This document shows positions 52,583 through 64,000 of a stretch of 64,000 nt of DNA, piece by piece; the first letter of the stretch is position 1, and each line of letters begins with the position of its first letter. The stretch covers positions 16,182,001 through 16,246,000 of the forward strand of contig NC_092348.1 in assembly GCF_963676685.1 (NCBI RefSeq), written 5' to 3'. The translations under genes and the position numbers were made by a program. This DNA is from Mytilus edulis. Lineage: Eukaryota. Under the pieces are notes generated by a model. That model saw only the letters and a program-made list of their open reading frames with translations. It was not told the origin of the DNA and searched no databases.

Positions 52583-54113
52583 TACTTACTTAGTCCTTGC
52601 TATGCCTTATGGCACATAGGGCAAGGACAATCATTAGAGTTTTTGCGTATAACATGACAAAGCCACCTCCAGCTTTTTTATATCGGCAAAGTCTCCATGT
52701 CCTTGGTGCTGGTCATCTCATGTAGGTCTTTGTTGGATATTTTGTTTGGCCAGAATATTTTCATTATTTTCCTCAGACATCTGTTATAGTAGCTGGAGAG
52801 CCTGTTGATATCTTTCTCAGTCATTCTCCGGCTCTCTGAGCCATATAGGGGTACAGAAAGAATACAGCTGTTATAGAGCCTGATATTGATCTTCTTTGAA
52901 AAGGCTGTTGTTTTCCAGATGTTGCCTAGTCTAATGAATGCGGATCTAGCTTTTCCTATTCTGATCTTTATATCTCTTTCAGCACCACTTTCTGTTATTA
53001 TACAACTGCCTAGATAAATAAATGAATCTACTGTTTCCAGCTGTTTTCCTTCTATAAATATGATAGGATGTCTTTCTGTATTGAGGAACACTAGCTTTGT
53101 CTTTTTGGCATTGATCTTAAGTCCAATCATTTTAGCTGTTTCTTCTAGCTTTTTGGTCTTCTCTTTCATATGGTCATTGGTATGGGATAAAAGTGCTAAA
53201 TCATCAGCATAGTCTGTGTCCTGTGGTACAAAGTGTCCATCTCAATCCATTGTTACCTTCTGCTGGGGTTGTTCTCATTACCCAATCAATAGCAATTATG
53301 AACAGCACAGATGACATAAGACATCCTTGTCTTACTCCTGATTTTACAAGGAAACTAGTGTCAGCTTCATAGTTGATGGTTCTTGAGAAATTTGTATAGA
53401 ACTGCTTGATGAGATGCACTATCTTACCTGGTATTCCATAGTTTCTCAGAACTACCCGAAAGACTTTCCCGGTGTAAGCTGTCAAACGCTTTCTCGAAGT
53501 CCACAAAATTTACTAGTAGATTTCTCTGCAACTCATGACACTGTTCTCAGTTGTTACATAGGACCAATATGTGGTCTATGCAGCCTCTACCTTTTCTGAA
53601 ACGCGCTTGTTCTTGTCATAATTTCTTATCAACAGCCTCTATAATTCTTGATATTAAAATTATGCAGAAGACCTTACTTGGAATGGATAGTAAGGTGATT
53701 CCTCTCCAAATATTGCAGTATGTTAAGTCTCCTGATTTTGGTATTGTTATGATGTTGCCTTCAGACCAACTGTTAGGAATAACAGCTTGCTCCCATATTT
53801 TCTTGAATACTGGGTGTACAGTATCTGCTGCTAGCACTGTATCTATCTTAAAAAGTTCTGCATTTAGTTGGTCTATGCCAGGTGACTTTTTGTTTTTCAA
53901 GCTTTTAATGGCTGCCTGTATTTCTTGTTTTGAAGGTGGATCTGTGTCTATTTCAAGGTCTAAGGGTGCCTCAGGGAAAATTGCTAGATTATCTGGTTCT
54001 TTTCTATTAAGATCATCTTGAAAATGTTCCTTCCATCTCAAATATTGATCTCGCTCTGTTGTTAGCATATCGTTGTTTTTGTATTGGCATATCAATTTTA
54101 GCTTTTTTATCAT
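52583..54113 (-). mobile_element. 5'-truncated, frameshifted RTE-clade LINE
   Basis: KSPGIDQL, WRGITLLS, GVRQGC, YADDLALLSH (about 53185-53212), F-x-YLGS, RIGKARSAF; (TAAG)n 3' tail at 52583-52593. Confidence 0.85.
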
Positions 54114-54539
54114 TTAGTTGTTTAGTTACTGTGGATTCATTTATTTTCGTGAATTGCTGAAAACTTGCATTTTGTGAATATTTGATTTCATGGTTCTGCC
54201 GGTCTCTGTATACAAAGCCCATTGGTATTGTGCTATTCTTTGAATATTTGAATTCGTGGTGCATATGTATCCACGAAACCCACAAAATTAGTTTCCAACG
54301 AATAATAATGAATCCACAGTACTTGATAAATCTGTCCCATTCTCTGATTCACCCATTCCTCTGCCCCTGGTTAGACCTCCACAAGATTTGACTCTTTTCA
54401 TCAATATTTGTTCTACAGTCGAATCTGTAGAAAGACTACTGCAAAAACGGTCTGTTGTATGTAGTATTGATGAAGAAAAAAATCTATTATCCATTACTAA
54501 AGAGGAACTTTTCATGTCAAACAGTCAAAACAAACAAGC

Positions 54540-54727
54540 TCGTTGGTTTTCCCGTTTGAATGGTTTTACACTAATAATTTTGGGGCCCTTTATAGCTTGT
54601 TGTTTGGTGTGAGCCAAGTCTCCGTGTTGAAGGCCGTACATTGACCTATAATGGTTTACTTTTATAAATTGTTATTTGGATGGAGAGTAATGTCTCATTG
54701 GCACTCACGTCACATCTTCCTATATCT
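54540..54727 (+). repeat. Short interspersed repeat at the centre of the Academ-like element
   Basis: Matches about 26915-27100. Confidence 0.7.
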
Positions 54728-57700
54728 TATGAACGTGCTTTGGGACAAGCTAAAAGATAATAACATTAGATGTCAGAATGCAACTGGTGATGCAGATTGT
54801 GAAAACAGCTTTGGATTGTGCTTTGTCTTGAGTAGTCATAGTAAATGGTAAAGATACGGATCTATTAGTGTTACTTATTCATCATGTTAATCAGCAGTGC
54901 AAACGGGTTATTTTTAAATCTGAATAAATGACAATCAACCAAAAAAATTAAAATATGGAACATAAAACGGTCTAAAGAATTTCTTGGGGATGATGTTTGT
55001 AATTTGTTGCTCTTTTTGAATTCTATAACAGGTTGTGACTCATCATCTAGGCTTTTTGGAATAAGCAAAGGACTTCCATTAAGATCAAGTATTCATGAAT
55101 AAGGCTTCATTAAAGCAAATATCATCAAAGCAGGAGAAGAAGTGCTTACATGTTTATATGGAGGACTTCCTCCAGAAGGACTTGACATTCTTCTCTGGAG
55201 AAAATTCAAATCTATAGTAATTACTGGAAACACATTGGTTCAGGTGAAAAGTTTACCACCAACATCAGATTCAGTGCAATTTCATAGCCTTCAAGTGTAT
55301 TATCAGAAGAAGTTGACATAGATCCTACAGACCATGCAGACTATGGTTGGGAAATCAAACATGGAAGACTTTGTACAATTTTATGGAACTTCCACCTACT
55401 CCTGATAAGCTTCTTAACATTTAAATATAAGATGCAACTGTAAACAAACTGTGACACCAAATGATGTGTCTGTTGAAAAAATGGTTTCTGAAAAATATAA
55501 ATTGTATTTTTTTCCACTTTTTGACGATTTTTTGACAAATTTAGCTTTTTTCACCAAAAACAGTTATTTTACTATTGTTTTACAATGAATTTTGTTTGAT
55601 CTGATTATAACTATATTAAGATTTCCGTTTTTTCTATTTTGGAGTGATTCAAAAACAGTTAAAACTCCAAATTGGTGTTTTTCCAGTTTTTAACGATTTT
55701 TGATTGATTTTACTATATTTTACTCAAAATCATCATTTACCCAAGAAGGAATTGCTGTAAAGTTTACGAATGATTAAAATAAAGGTTTCGGTCTTTTTTA
55801 AAGAATAAAATGAACTTCTATTACCATTTTTTATATTTTCCTGTCTGTTTTGGTAATCAATTCACACTACGTGAATCTCAAATTCCAACAAAATTTGGAT
55901 GTTTTCACCTAAAATTTCATGTTTATAAAAAAAAAAACTATTTTTTTGTTATTTTATTTCATAAACACTGTATAAACTGTTCTAAAACTTTTGATTTGAA
56001 ATAATTATCATCAAAAATGAATGTTAACCAAGCTTTTCCCAGTTTTTCGCTATTTTTGACAAATTTTGCTATTTTCACCCAAAAAAATACATGTTTCCAC
56101 TCAGATATCTTGGTAGACTTTTGGTATGTTACAAAGAAAGCCATTTTGAATCGAAAAATACCAAAACAAATTCTGTTGCAATTTTTTTGAGGTCAAATGC
56201 TATTTTGACTAGACTATTACAGAGGACGCTACAATCACAGAAGAAACTTTAGGAACAATTTCAGTTGAATATAATATTAAGACCCGGGACGTGTCTTCCG
56301 AGGCCGCGGGAATATATGACCGGACTATTTGGACAGTGCAATGAAATTAGTTTTTAAACAATATTTTAGTAATTCAATGTATATTTAGGTTTTGTATTTA
56401 TTTAATATTCTAGACTTTGTCGTAAATTTAGGCATAAGTGTTTTACACGGATTATATGTCATAATCTTGGACAAAAGTCTTAAATGCATTTACTCTATTT
56501 ATTTCATTATGTATTCTCTGTGACAGTTTGGACTACAATTTACAAATTCGTGTCGGACACTAATTACTCTTGTAATCTATTGTTATTTCTAATTTGTCAT
56601 CTGTTAATCTGCTCAAGTTAATCCTTTAATTGATTGTGCTTATATATATTGTTATTGTTTGTATGTTACATTACATTTAGTTTGGAGTTTGTTGTTCGGT
56701 CTTGCCGGACTGCTGAAATAAAAGTTTAAGGAGCGAATCTTCCTTCTTGATTTATATATAGTCGAATAGCCATTTCACCCGGCTATAGGTAACTAAAATG
56801 ACCTTCAAACTAGACACTGGACGAGTCAATACTATGTTTTATCAATGAAAGTTAAGGTATGAAAGGTAAAAATTGCCACTTCTTCTATTTTCACAAAATT
56901 TTCGGAATATACAGTTTAAAGATTATTCTTTAAAAGCCTATTGTGGAGATAAAAGAGAAAGTTTACAAATAAGACGTTTTGTTCCTTTAAACAAGTCAGT
57001 TTCTTAACAGAAATGCCGAAATATATTTTACGCACGACTACGGCAGGTAAAATCATTATTTATCATAACCAAAAAACGCATTTTTCCGTCTCATTGGAAT
57101 ATGATGATAACAATTAATCCCAATCTTAAGAAGTAAGTAAATAAAGTCTAACTTTGTCCGATCTGCCTATTTATGCACATCAAAAGTCAATACGATCGTT
57201 TTAAAGTCAATTTCGTCTACCTCACACAATCTTGTTAGTCACTATAACATAGACAATCTTTTAATTGAAACCCAATTATGTTATTACCACGCTCTCTGTC
57301 CGTTTAAGAACCATTGCTACAACTTTTTGGTGTCCGTAGTTGACCAGTTGCATCGCTAACTTTTCGCCGTCCTTAGTCCAGGTTTGCTTATACTTTGCAG
57401 GACTTGCCTATTATGTTATGGTTAATGTGAATGTTCTCGCCCTAAACATGCTTGAAATATTCGCCGTTGGACGTTTGGATAACAGAAAATATCAAACAAT
57501 TCAATCATGATTCCCTCCGAAGAGTAAATAAAAAGTTATCTATAACATGGTTCTCTCGGTATGAATCGTAACACAGAGAGGCGAAACGCAGAAAGATACT
57601 AGAGTCAAACCCATAGATCGAAAAAAAAATATGACAAAGATAATTTAGGCAGTAAACTATTTTGTCCACAGGTGTTTATTCCAAAATGTTTGAGAATATT

Positions 57701-58095
57701 TAGAAAGCGTTGGCAATTTAAAAGGGGATATTCCAAACCTTTCCTTTGCGTTGCTTTTCAAAAAAAAATCGAAAAACATGTACATTATACGCAAATTAGA
57801 TAGTGACCCAACGAGACAAAAAGCCAAACGACATTTATTTTACAGACCAGCATCATTTTAATAAACAAAAGCTTGTTCAATGTATATTTTAATGCATACG
57901 CAAACTTGTGCTTATAGTTTACCATTCCATATGAAAATGTACCTCGCATGTCCCGAATGACATTATTAAACTAATGGTATAAGTTAGCGAATAATATAAT
58001 GTATAGTTGTTGTTATTTACAAATCATTAATATGCAAGGATTTTTTTTTAATTTAATGTCTCATAAACACAAACAATGCCAATCAAACACGTACA

Positions 58096-59559
58096 TCACT
58101 TTAGAGTTTGGTAGTCATAAATTCTTAAACATTTAGAATCAGCAATCCATAATTGACCCTCTCTATATGCAATGGCTGCTGGTGAACTAAGACCATCCTT
58201 TTTATCAATGAGAATTTTTCGAAACTGTAACTTTCCATCCAATTGATATATTGCATTAAACTGCATATCGCTTGCTAATATGTTGCCGTCGTTATCGTAG
58301 CAAAGTCCTTTGCAGACGTATTGTAAGTACGGGCTTTGGCCAGATTTACCAGAGAAGGTATATGCATTTTTTGGTTCGAGGCTATAGGAATAAACATAGT
58401 TCCGTATTCCAGTGGTTTGTTCTACGTCATATATTATGCTAAAATTGTTACTCGAGTGCACCGACATGCAAGAACTCTCACTTTTACTATTTGCCAGCGT
58501 GAATGATTTCTTTTTTATTCCGTTGGACTCAAAGACTGTCATTTGTCTTGAATCCTTATTACTCATCCATATGAAAACAGAGTTGTCTGACTTCGCGTAA
58601 TCCATACATAACGGCATGTACGGATCTGTACTTGTGAAAGGCGTCACATTACCTCTTGCGTCAATTTGATTAATAAAGCTTTTTGTTCTATTAAGGACTA
58701 ACAAATCTCCATTATTCAGAACAGCAATGTCGTCCGCTTCTTCAGAATAAACTGCCATCTGTATTCCAGAGAAGTCAAGACGGAATAATTTCCTATCTGA
58801 AATAAGCCATGCGTCAGATCTGTTAACTGGGATAATTTTCGTGACCGGAACTACCAGATCTGCAAGAGGAATCAATGTCACGAGACCTTTCTTATCTACT
58901 TCCGCCATAGTGTTGTCGTCTGATAAAAGCTCATGAATATTGTATGTTTGTGTAGATATATCATACGTCTTTCTCGTACCACAATCTTCTCCAATACAAC
59001 CTAATAATCTGTCACCAGACGGCGCATTCAGCTGTATTAATAATGGTGCGTCCTTGTTATATTTTGACTTTAAACATTCTTTGTTAATAGAACATTTTTT
59101 CAAGCTACAGTATAACCTTATAAGTGAATCCTCTGATGCAGGATTTTCCATTTCATTTTCACAAAACTTAACCTCATCCACAAGGCTATGAATCTGATTC
59201 CTGCTTACCTCAAATACTTCCTTTGAAGTCTTCAATAGATCCTTAGCTTCTATCTCAATCTTGTTCTTCCACCGCATTTCACATCTGTGGATATCATGTT
59301 CTACTTTTGCCTCGTCTTGAACATTTTTTTCATTCGCTTCTTCTAACTGCTTTTTAGTTTCTGCAAGATCATGTTGAGTTGCTAATTTATTATCTGAGCA
59401 CCAATAATTCACCTTGTTCCTAATAATGTCTTGTGATTCAAATAATCCTTTGACCTTATGCTGTTGATGATTCTCTAACAAACACTGAACACATATGATA
59501 TCTTCACATTCTTTACAAAAGAGGCGCAATTGTTCATCTTGGTGTTGTGAGCAGTTCAT
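58096..59559 (-). CDS. RING-less TRIM-like protein: B-box2, coiled coil, NHL-type beta-propeller, 487 aa, single coding exon
   Basis: CSQH...LFCKECEDIICVQC...HQQH; heptad region; propeller motifs GLCYDNDGNILASD and DGLSSPAAIA. AAAATG start with an upstream in-frame TAA; 5'UTR acceptor at 59617-59618. Confidence 0.9.
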   Translation of the reverse strand: MNCSQHQDEQLRLFCKECEDIICVQCLLENHQQHKVKGLFESQDIIRNKVNYWCSDNKLATQHDLAETKKQLEEANEKNVQDEAKVEHDIHRCEMRWKNKIEIEAKDLLKTSKEVFEVSRNQIHSLVDEVKFCENEMENPASEDSLIRLYCSLKKCSINKECLKSKYNKDAPLLIQLNAPSGDRLLGCIGEDCGTRKTYDISTQTYNIHELLSDDNTMAEVDKKGLVTLIPLADLVVPVTKIIPVNRSDAWLISDRKLFRLDFSGIQMAVYSEEADDIAVLNNGDLLVLNRTKSFINQIDARGNVTPFTSTDPYMPLCMDYAKSDNSVFIWMSNKDSRQMTVFESNGIKKKSFTLANSKSESSCMSVHSSNNFSIIYDVEQTTGIRNYVYSYSLEPKNAYTFSGKSGQSPYLQYVCKGLCYDNDGNILASDMQFNAIYQLDGKLQFRKILIDKKDGLSSPAAIAYREGQLWIADSKCLRIYDYQTLK

Positions 59560-60239
59560 TTTTATTTAAATGAATAACTTCTTTATGCAGGCATTGTTTT
59601 TTTCAATATCTTGAATCTTAAAATAGAAAAACAATTACCTATATACATAAAATATCAGAAAAAAATCAAAGCAAAACTCTTGAAATGCAAAAAAAAATGT
59701 AAATTTATTTTTTAATAATTTTTGCCTAAAAACTTATTAAGTTAAATGTGTTACGATTGTAAGAAAAAGTTGTGCTAAAACTTCGAGTAAATGTAAAAGA
59801 ACTTTTTAAAACAGAACTAAGTTTAATCGATTGTAATGTTGAAAGATTTGAAATGTTTACTATTTCTGAGACAAATTAATATACAGGTAGTGATAAAAAT
59901 GAATCAATAAGAAGTATAATACCACTGCAATCTAAAAATTCCACACCTGAGAAATATGAAGATAACAGCGTATTTGTTCCTGCTTTATAGAATTTGTGAT
60001 ATTCGGCGAATTACATTTGCACGCATCACTATTACATGTAAAGCACGTAGCAACATAACTTTTGCGTGCTGCCTTTGATTACATTCGAGTGCATTTATTT
60101 TGCAGGTAAAAACAGATAAATCATACTAATATATTTTCAAATGAAACAAATTCGAATTTTAAAGGTTCACATTTTACATCGGTACGTGCTAAATATTTGA
60201 AACTGAATTCTGTAAATGTTAACTGATTTTCTCTTCTTT

Positions 60240-60630
60240 TTTTTTTTTGCGGAATTGTTCTATCAGATACTTTGCTTTCTCTTTTTTTTTTGCAGAATTG
60301 TTCTATCAGATACTTTGCTTTCTCTTTTTTTTGCAGAATTGTTCTATCAGATACTTTGCTTTCTATTTTTTTGCGCGGAATATTTCTATCAGATACTTTG
60401 CTTTCTTTTTTTTCTTTTTTTTGCGGAATTGTTCTATCAGATACTTTGCTTTCTCTTTTTTTGCGCGGAATATTTCTATCGGATATTTTGTTTTCTTTTT
60501 CTTTTTTGCGGAATTGTTCTATCAGATACTTTGCTTTCTTTTTTTTTTTGCGGAATTGTTCTATCAGATACTTTGCTTTCTCTTTTTTTTTGGCGGAATT
60601 GTTTTATCAGATACGTTGATTTCTCTTTTT
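60240..60630. repeat. Minisatellite, about 9 units of about 42 bp (GCGGAATTGTTCTATCAGATACTTTGCTTTCTC-Tn)
   Basis: Direct reading; it explains the three overlapping spurious ORFs here. Confidence 0.9.
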
Positions 60631-60749
60631 TCGTTTCTATTTGCATCTGCTCTTACGAATGATATTCACTCTGCAATATTCACAATTAAGTTACATGAAT
60701 GCCTTACACGATTATTGTATTTCTCAGGAGCACTGAATATATATATATA

Positions 60750-60985
60750 AAAACAAATTTAAATTGAAAACTACGTTCAAACCTATGATTGCGTTGGATA
60801 AAAACCGCATTTTTTATACGCGTGCATGTAAAACAAATTTCGTTGTAGAAGGGTCTAAATACAGCACAAACAACAAAAAAGTGAAAAAGTATATTTAAAC
60901 AAAACGCATTTGACTCACAGGTAGAACAACTGATGTTCTTTAACCCTGCTGACTGTCATTGGCGATTGTCAAATAATTATATATA
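60750..60985. repeat. Interspersed repeat following a (TA)n run, also at 24760-24925
   Basis: Shared AAATTGAAAACTACGTTCAAACCTATGAT...GGGTCTAAA. Confidence 0.7.
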
Positions 60986-63900
60986 TAATATTTGAAAAAA
61001 AAATATATAAAAAAAATTATAATTTAAAATGATAATATCATATGTTCAAAATTAATATCTATCGACATATTTACTATCAATTATCTTTATACTTTCATCC
61101 CCGTGTTAATTGTTAAATGAATGATCGCAAATGAAATAAAAATTATTGATATCAAAACTTTTAAATGTACTACGGGTAAGATTTGATTAATTTACGTGAT
61201 TTGAAAAAAAAAACTTAGAGATAACATAATACGTATAGATCGATACATTTGCCCTTTCTGTGAGGTCTTCGTCGTCAATGAGATTTTGTGTCCTTTACAA
61301 GGGAAATAACTTGTTCAGATGAAATAATAATTGTATGAACTATTACAGAATGTTTATATAGGCTGTAAATACGTGTGAACACGAAAATGAATGGCAAAAT
61401 GCATAAAAATTCTTAACTTACTTAAGGGTTCCGTGGAACCCAGTGTCTCGCCTACTTTTGCTGTTAATCGCAAACTCAACATAAAGGAGGAAAAAAGGCA
61501 ATATAAATATTCCTCTCGATACCGTATCTTTTAATTGTAAGAATCTCCTGTCCAAGTTTGGTAAAATTCCGGAATAGTTTATGAATCTAATAAATGTTCT
61601 AAAAACTTTAGGAACTGCAGATTGTATGTAATGTTAAATGAAAAAAACTCTGTCCATTTATATTATAAGTAAAATATGGATAAACAGGTACAAAATATAG
61701 TGATCAGTAGTTGTCACACTACACCAGCAACATTCGTGGCAAATGGAAAATACCGCCAATAAATTTCAGTCAAAAGTAAAATCACAAAAATACTGAACTT
61801 AGAGGAAAATCAATTCGGAAAGTCCATAATCGCATGGCAAAATCAAATAACAAAACGCATCAAAAACGAATGGACAAGACCTGTCATATTCCTGACTTGG
61901 TACAGGCATTTTCAAATGTAGAAAATGGTGGATTTAACCGAGTTTTATAGCGCTAGCCCTCTCACTTTGATGACAGTCTCATCAAATTCCGTTATATGAA
62001 CATGGATGCGTTAACTAAACAGACACAATAAATAAAATAATATGATCAAAATACAAGAAGCAGAACAAAATGTTTTTAATATACCGTGTGGCTTTTCAAT
62101 TTGTAAACAAAATGGAGAAGGCGTGGGAGGGGCCATTTGTACAAAACATTAGTGGATCGTTTTCGATTTATTTTATATGTATATATTTTTTTTTTAATTT
62201 ACTTCTGGGTACTATCTTATGATCAGAAACAAGCTTCTGTCCAAGTTTAGTAAAAATCCAGGAAAATTTAAGAAAGTTATTAGAATTTCAAAAACTTTAA
62301 CCATAAAGTGAATATTTATGGAAGCCGCAGACAACGACAACGACGCCGATGACGGAATGTACGCTCGATATGTATCGCTTTAAGTCGAAGGCTGGACAAA
62401 AATCAGAAATCGCTAACAAACTCCTGCGAAATAAACGAAGACTTAATTTTAAATTATTGTTATCATTTTAACGCAGCTGTTAAAGTTATGTTAAATTTAA
62501 TACGGATGTCATTTAAAAAAAGTATTAAAGAGGGCTTACCAAGAATGGCTGGACAGGGGGAGGGGGCATCAAAATGAGGAGCGGAAAGCGAAAGGCAAAG
62601 GGGAAGAAAGCGAGAGTCAGGGTGCGGGACACCAGGGGAAGTGAGGGATACAAATAGGAATATTCATGGAAAAAGAATTGAACGATTTTCGTATGAGTTT
62701 AAGGGGAAGAAAAGTGGAAGTAGGGGACTATGGATTAAAGGGTTTTGTGAATGGTTTTCTACATGTTATTGTGTTATATTCCTTGTTTAAATCGTGCAAA
62801 AAGATTTCTATGAAATCCGATGTCAATTTTAAAACTTCATACTGAAAACAGTAAGGTACGTGTATAATATATTTAAAAGAATTGTGCTTTAAAGCATAGT
62901 ATTTATGAAACAATTATTAGTTATCACTAGAAAGGCTTACAATTCAAGTGAATTTTTGGGGCAGGGAAGGGTTAGGAATGAAAAGTGAAAAGTAAAAAGC
63001 AAGACTAAAAAAAGAAATTTCATTTTCAGATACGTTATATTTTAAACAAACAAGTATTTATCAATTGCACTATATGGTCTACAGGTTAATCTTTCAAACG
63101 TATAAAGGGCTCATTTAAAAGTGGTATAAGTCAATGCAGTTGGTGATCTCAAGTGTTGAATTTTTTTTTTTGTAATAGATTCTAGCCCGCCGCGAAACAA
63201 TTTTTTTTTCTTTTTCTTTTTAATTATGTATTATAAAACGTTTCATCATGATGGTGCTTTTTTTGAAATGGCTCGATCGGCGCTGATCACCATTAAAGAA
63301 ATTATAACACAATATAAAGAGGAATTGTGTGGGTCAATTTACATTTCGGGGCCTTTTATCATGTTTATAGCTCACTATGCGGTATCATTGTTGAAGGCTG
63401 TACGTACGGCGACTTATAGTTGTTAATTTCTTCGTCATTTGGTCACTTATGGAGAGTTGTCTAATTGGCAATCATACCACATCTTCTTTTTTATATGTAC
63501 ATAACACTATATTGGTAGAAACGAAGGCGTGCTTTCCAAATACGGTAGATTAACACTCAACACCCCTCCCCCTTTTTTTAAGCAGCTTGTTGACAATGAT
63601 TTTATCTGTCAAACACTGTTGACACTTTTTACCTATATATACATGAATCAATAGAGCAAATAAAAAGTCTGTTAAAGTAGTTTATATAATTTTACATGTG
63701 TACTTACGTGGACGCGTGGCAGTTTATGACGAATTACCTTATTTCGATTTTTCCTTACATGTCGTAAATGACGGTTCAAGGTTAAATCGATGTTTTCCGG
63801 AAATCTTCAACATGTTATCTTTTATCAATCAGTTACAAAAGTGATTAAATATTTTACAATGTTATGATTTGTTATGGATGACAAAATGTAAATGTAAGAT

Positions 63901-64000
63901 AAATCTGTTGTAAAATGGGACTCATTGTTCAACGTAAAAATTCTAAAATTAGTAGCTAGCTGTCCTAGCTTATCACTTTTTCGTTTTCTCATGTTAATAT

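Larger units (their letters stand above)
51186..56216. mobile_element. Academ-type DNA transposon derivative with long inverted arms and transposase relics on both strands
   Basis: TAGTCTAGTCAAAATAG..CTATTTTGACTAGACTA; TTA duplicated at 51183-51185 and 56217-56219; inverted arms about 700 bp non-coding. Relics: EQILMKRVKSCGGLTRGRGM (-, about 54350-54420), ATGDAD, GCDSSSRLFGISK and LPPTSDSVQFHSLQVYYQ (+, 54780-55310). Confidence 0.8.
50407..56268 (+). pseudogene. Gag-like zinc-knuckle/coiled-coil ORF of the LTR element (50407-51185 joined to 56220-56268, 275 aa reconstructed)
   Basis: CKFCG..H..C followed by CYKCRNFGHYARMC (CX2CX4HX4C); one in-frame TAA at 50563; the frame continues RYRGRYNHRRNF..* once the Academ-like insert is removed. 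Confidence 0.7.
48173..56787 (+). mobile_element. Non-autonomous (pol-less) LTR retrotransposon, Gypsy-like, heavily nested
   Basis: LTRs at 48173-48182 plus 49478-49937 and at 56315-56787, termini TATGACCGG..CCGGCTATA; GGTA duplicated at 48169-48172 and 56788-56791; PBS-like TGGTGTTAGG at 50328; purine-rich GAGGCCGCGGGAATA before the 3' LTR. Confidence 0.8.

Noticed and set aside
53551-54021. 156-aa plus-strand ORF
   Set aside because: Antisense shadow of the RTE reverse transcriptase
48173-56960. DIRS/Ngaro split-repeat retroelement
   Set aside because: No tyrosine recombinase or RT of that type; a 4-bp TSD, PBS-like site and duplicated host flank favour a rearranged LTR element
60216-60750. 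Three overlapping Phe-rich ORFs, or a CRISPR-like array
   Set aside because: They are translations of a minisatellite. Units are separated by poly-T, not unique spacers, and the context is eukaryotic

Overview
AT-rich, intron- and repeat-rich animal genomic DNA. The gene families and repeats suggest a bivalve such as Mytilus, but that is an inference. Four host genes can be built from splice sites and reading phase. (1) A 5'-incomplete membrane protein with alternating C-type lectin and Ig domains (+, 1422-11074, 9 exons). (2) An intact SLC16/monocarboxylate-type MFS transporter (+, 12917-18703, 5 exons, 487 aa). (3) An NLR-like gene with a HEPN-type RxxxxH domain, coiled coil, STAND-type NTPase and a long ankyrin array (+, 25623-42106, about 1705 aa when reconstructed, one GC-AG intron). 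Its last exon is split by a 2.3-kb TIR element. (4) A RING-less B-box/coiled-coil/NHL TRIM-like gene (-, 58096-59559). The interval 48173-56787 is a nested transposon stack: a pol-less LTR element with TAT..ATA termini and a zinc-knuckle ORF, carrying a 5-bp-TSD hAT-like MITE, a rearranged 5' LTR, and a fold-back Academ-like element made of two divergent transposase 3' halves, which itself holds an RTE LINE and a short repeat. MITEs, Penelope-like fragments, a hammerhead relic, hairpins and a minisatellite fill the rest. The best candidate for a little-described system is the HEPN-STAND-ankyrin receptor, whose ankyrin array carries a variable loop in every third repeat. All family assignments come from motifs read by eye, with no database search.
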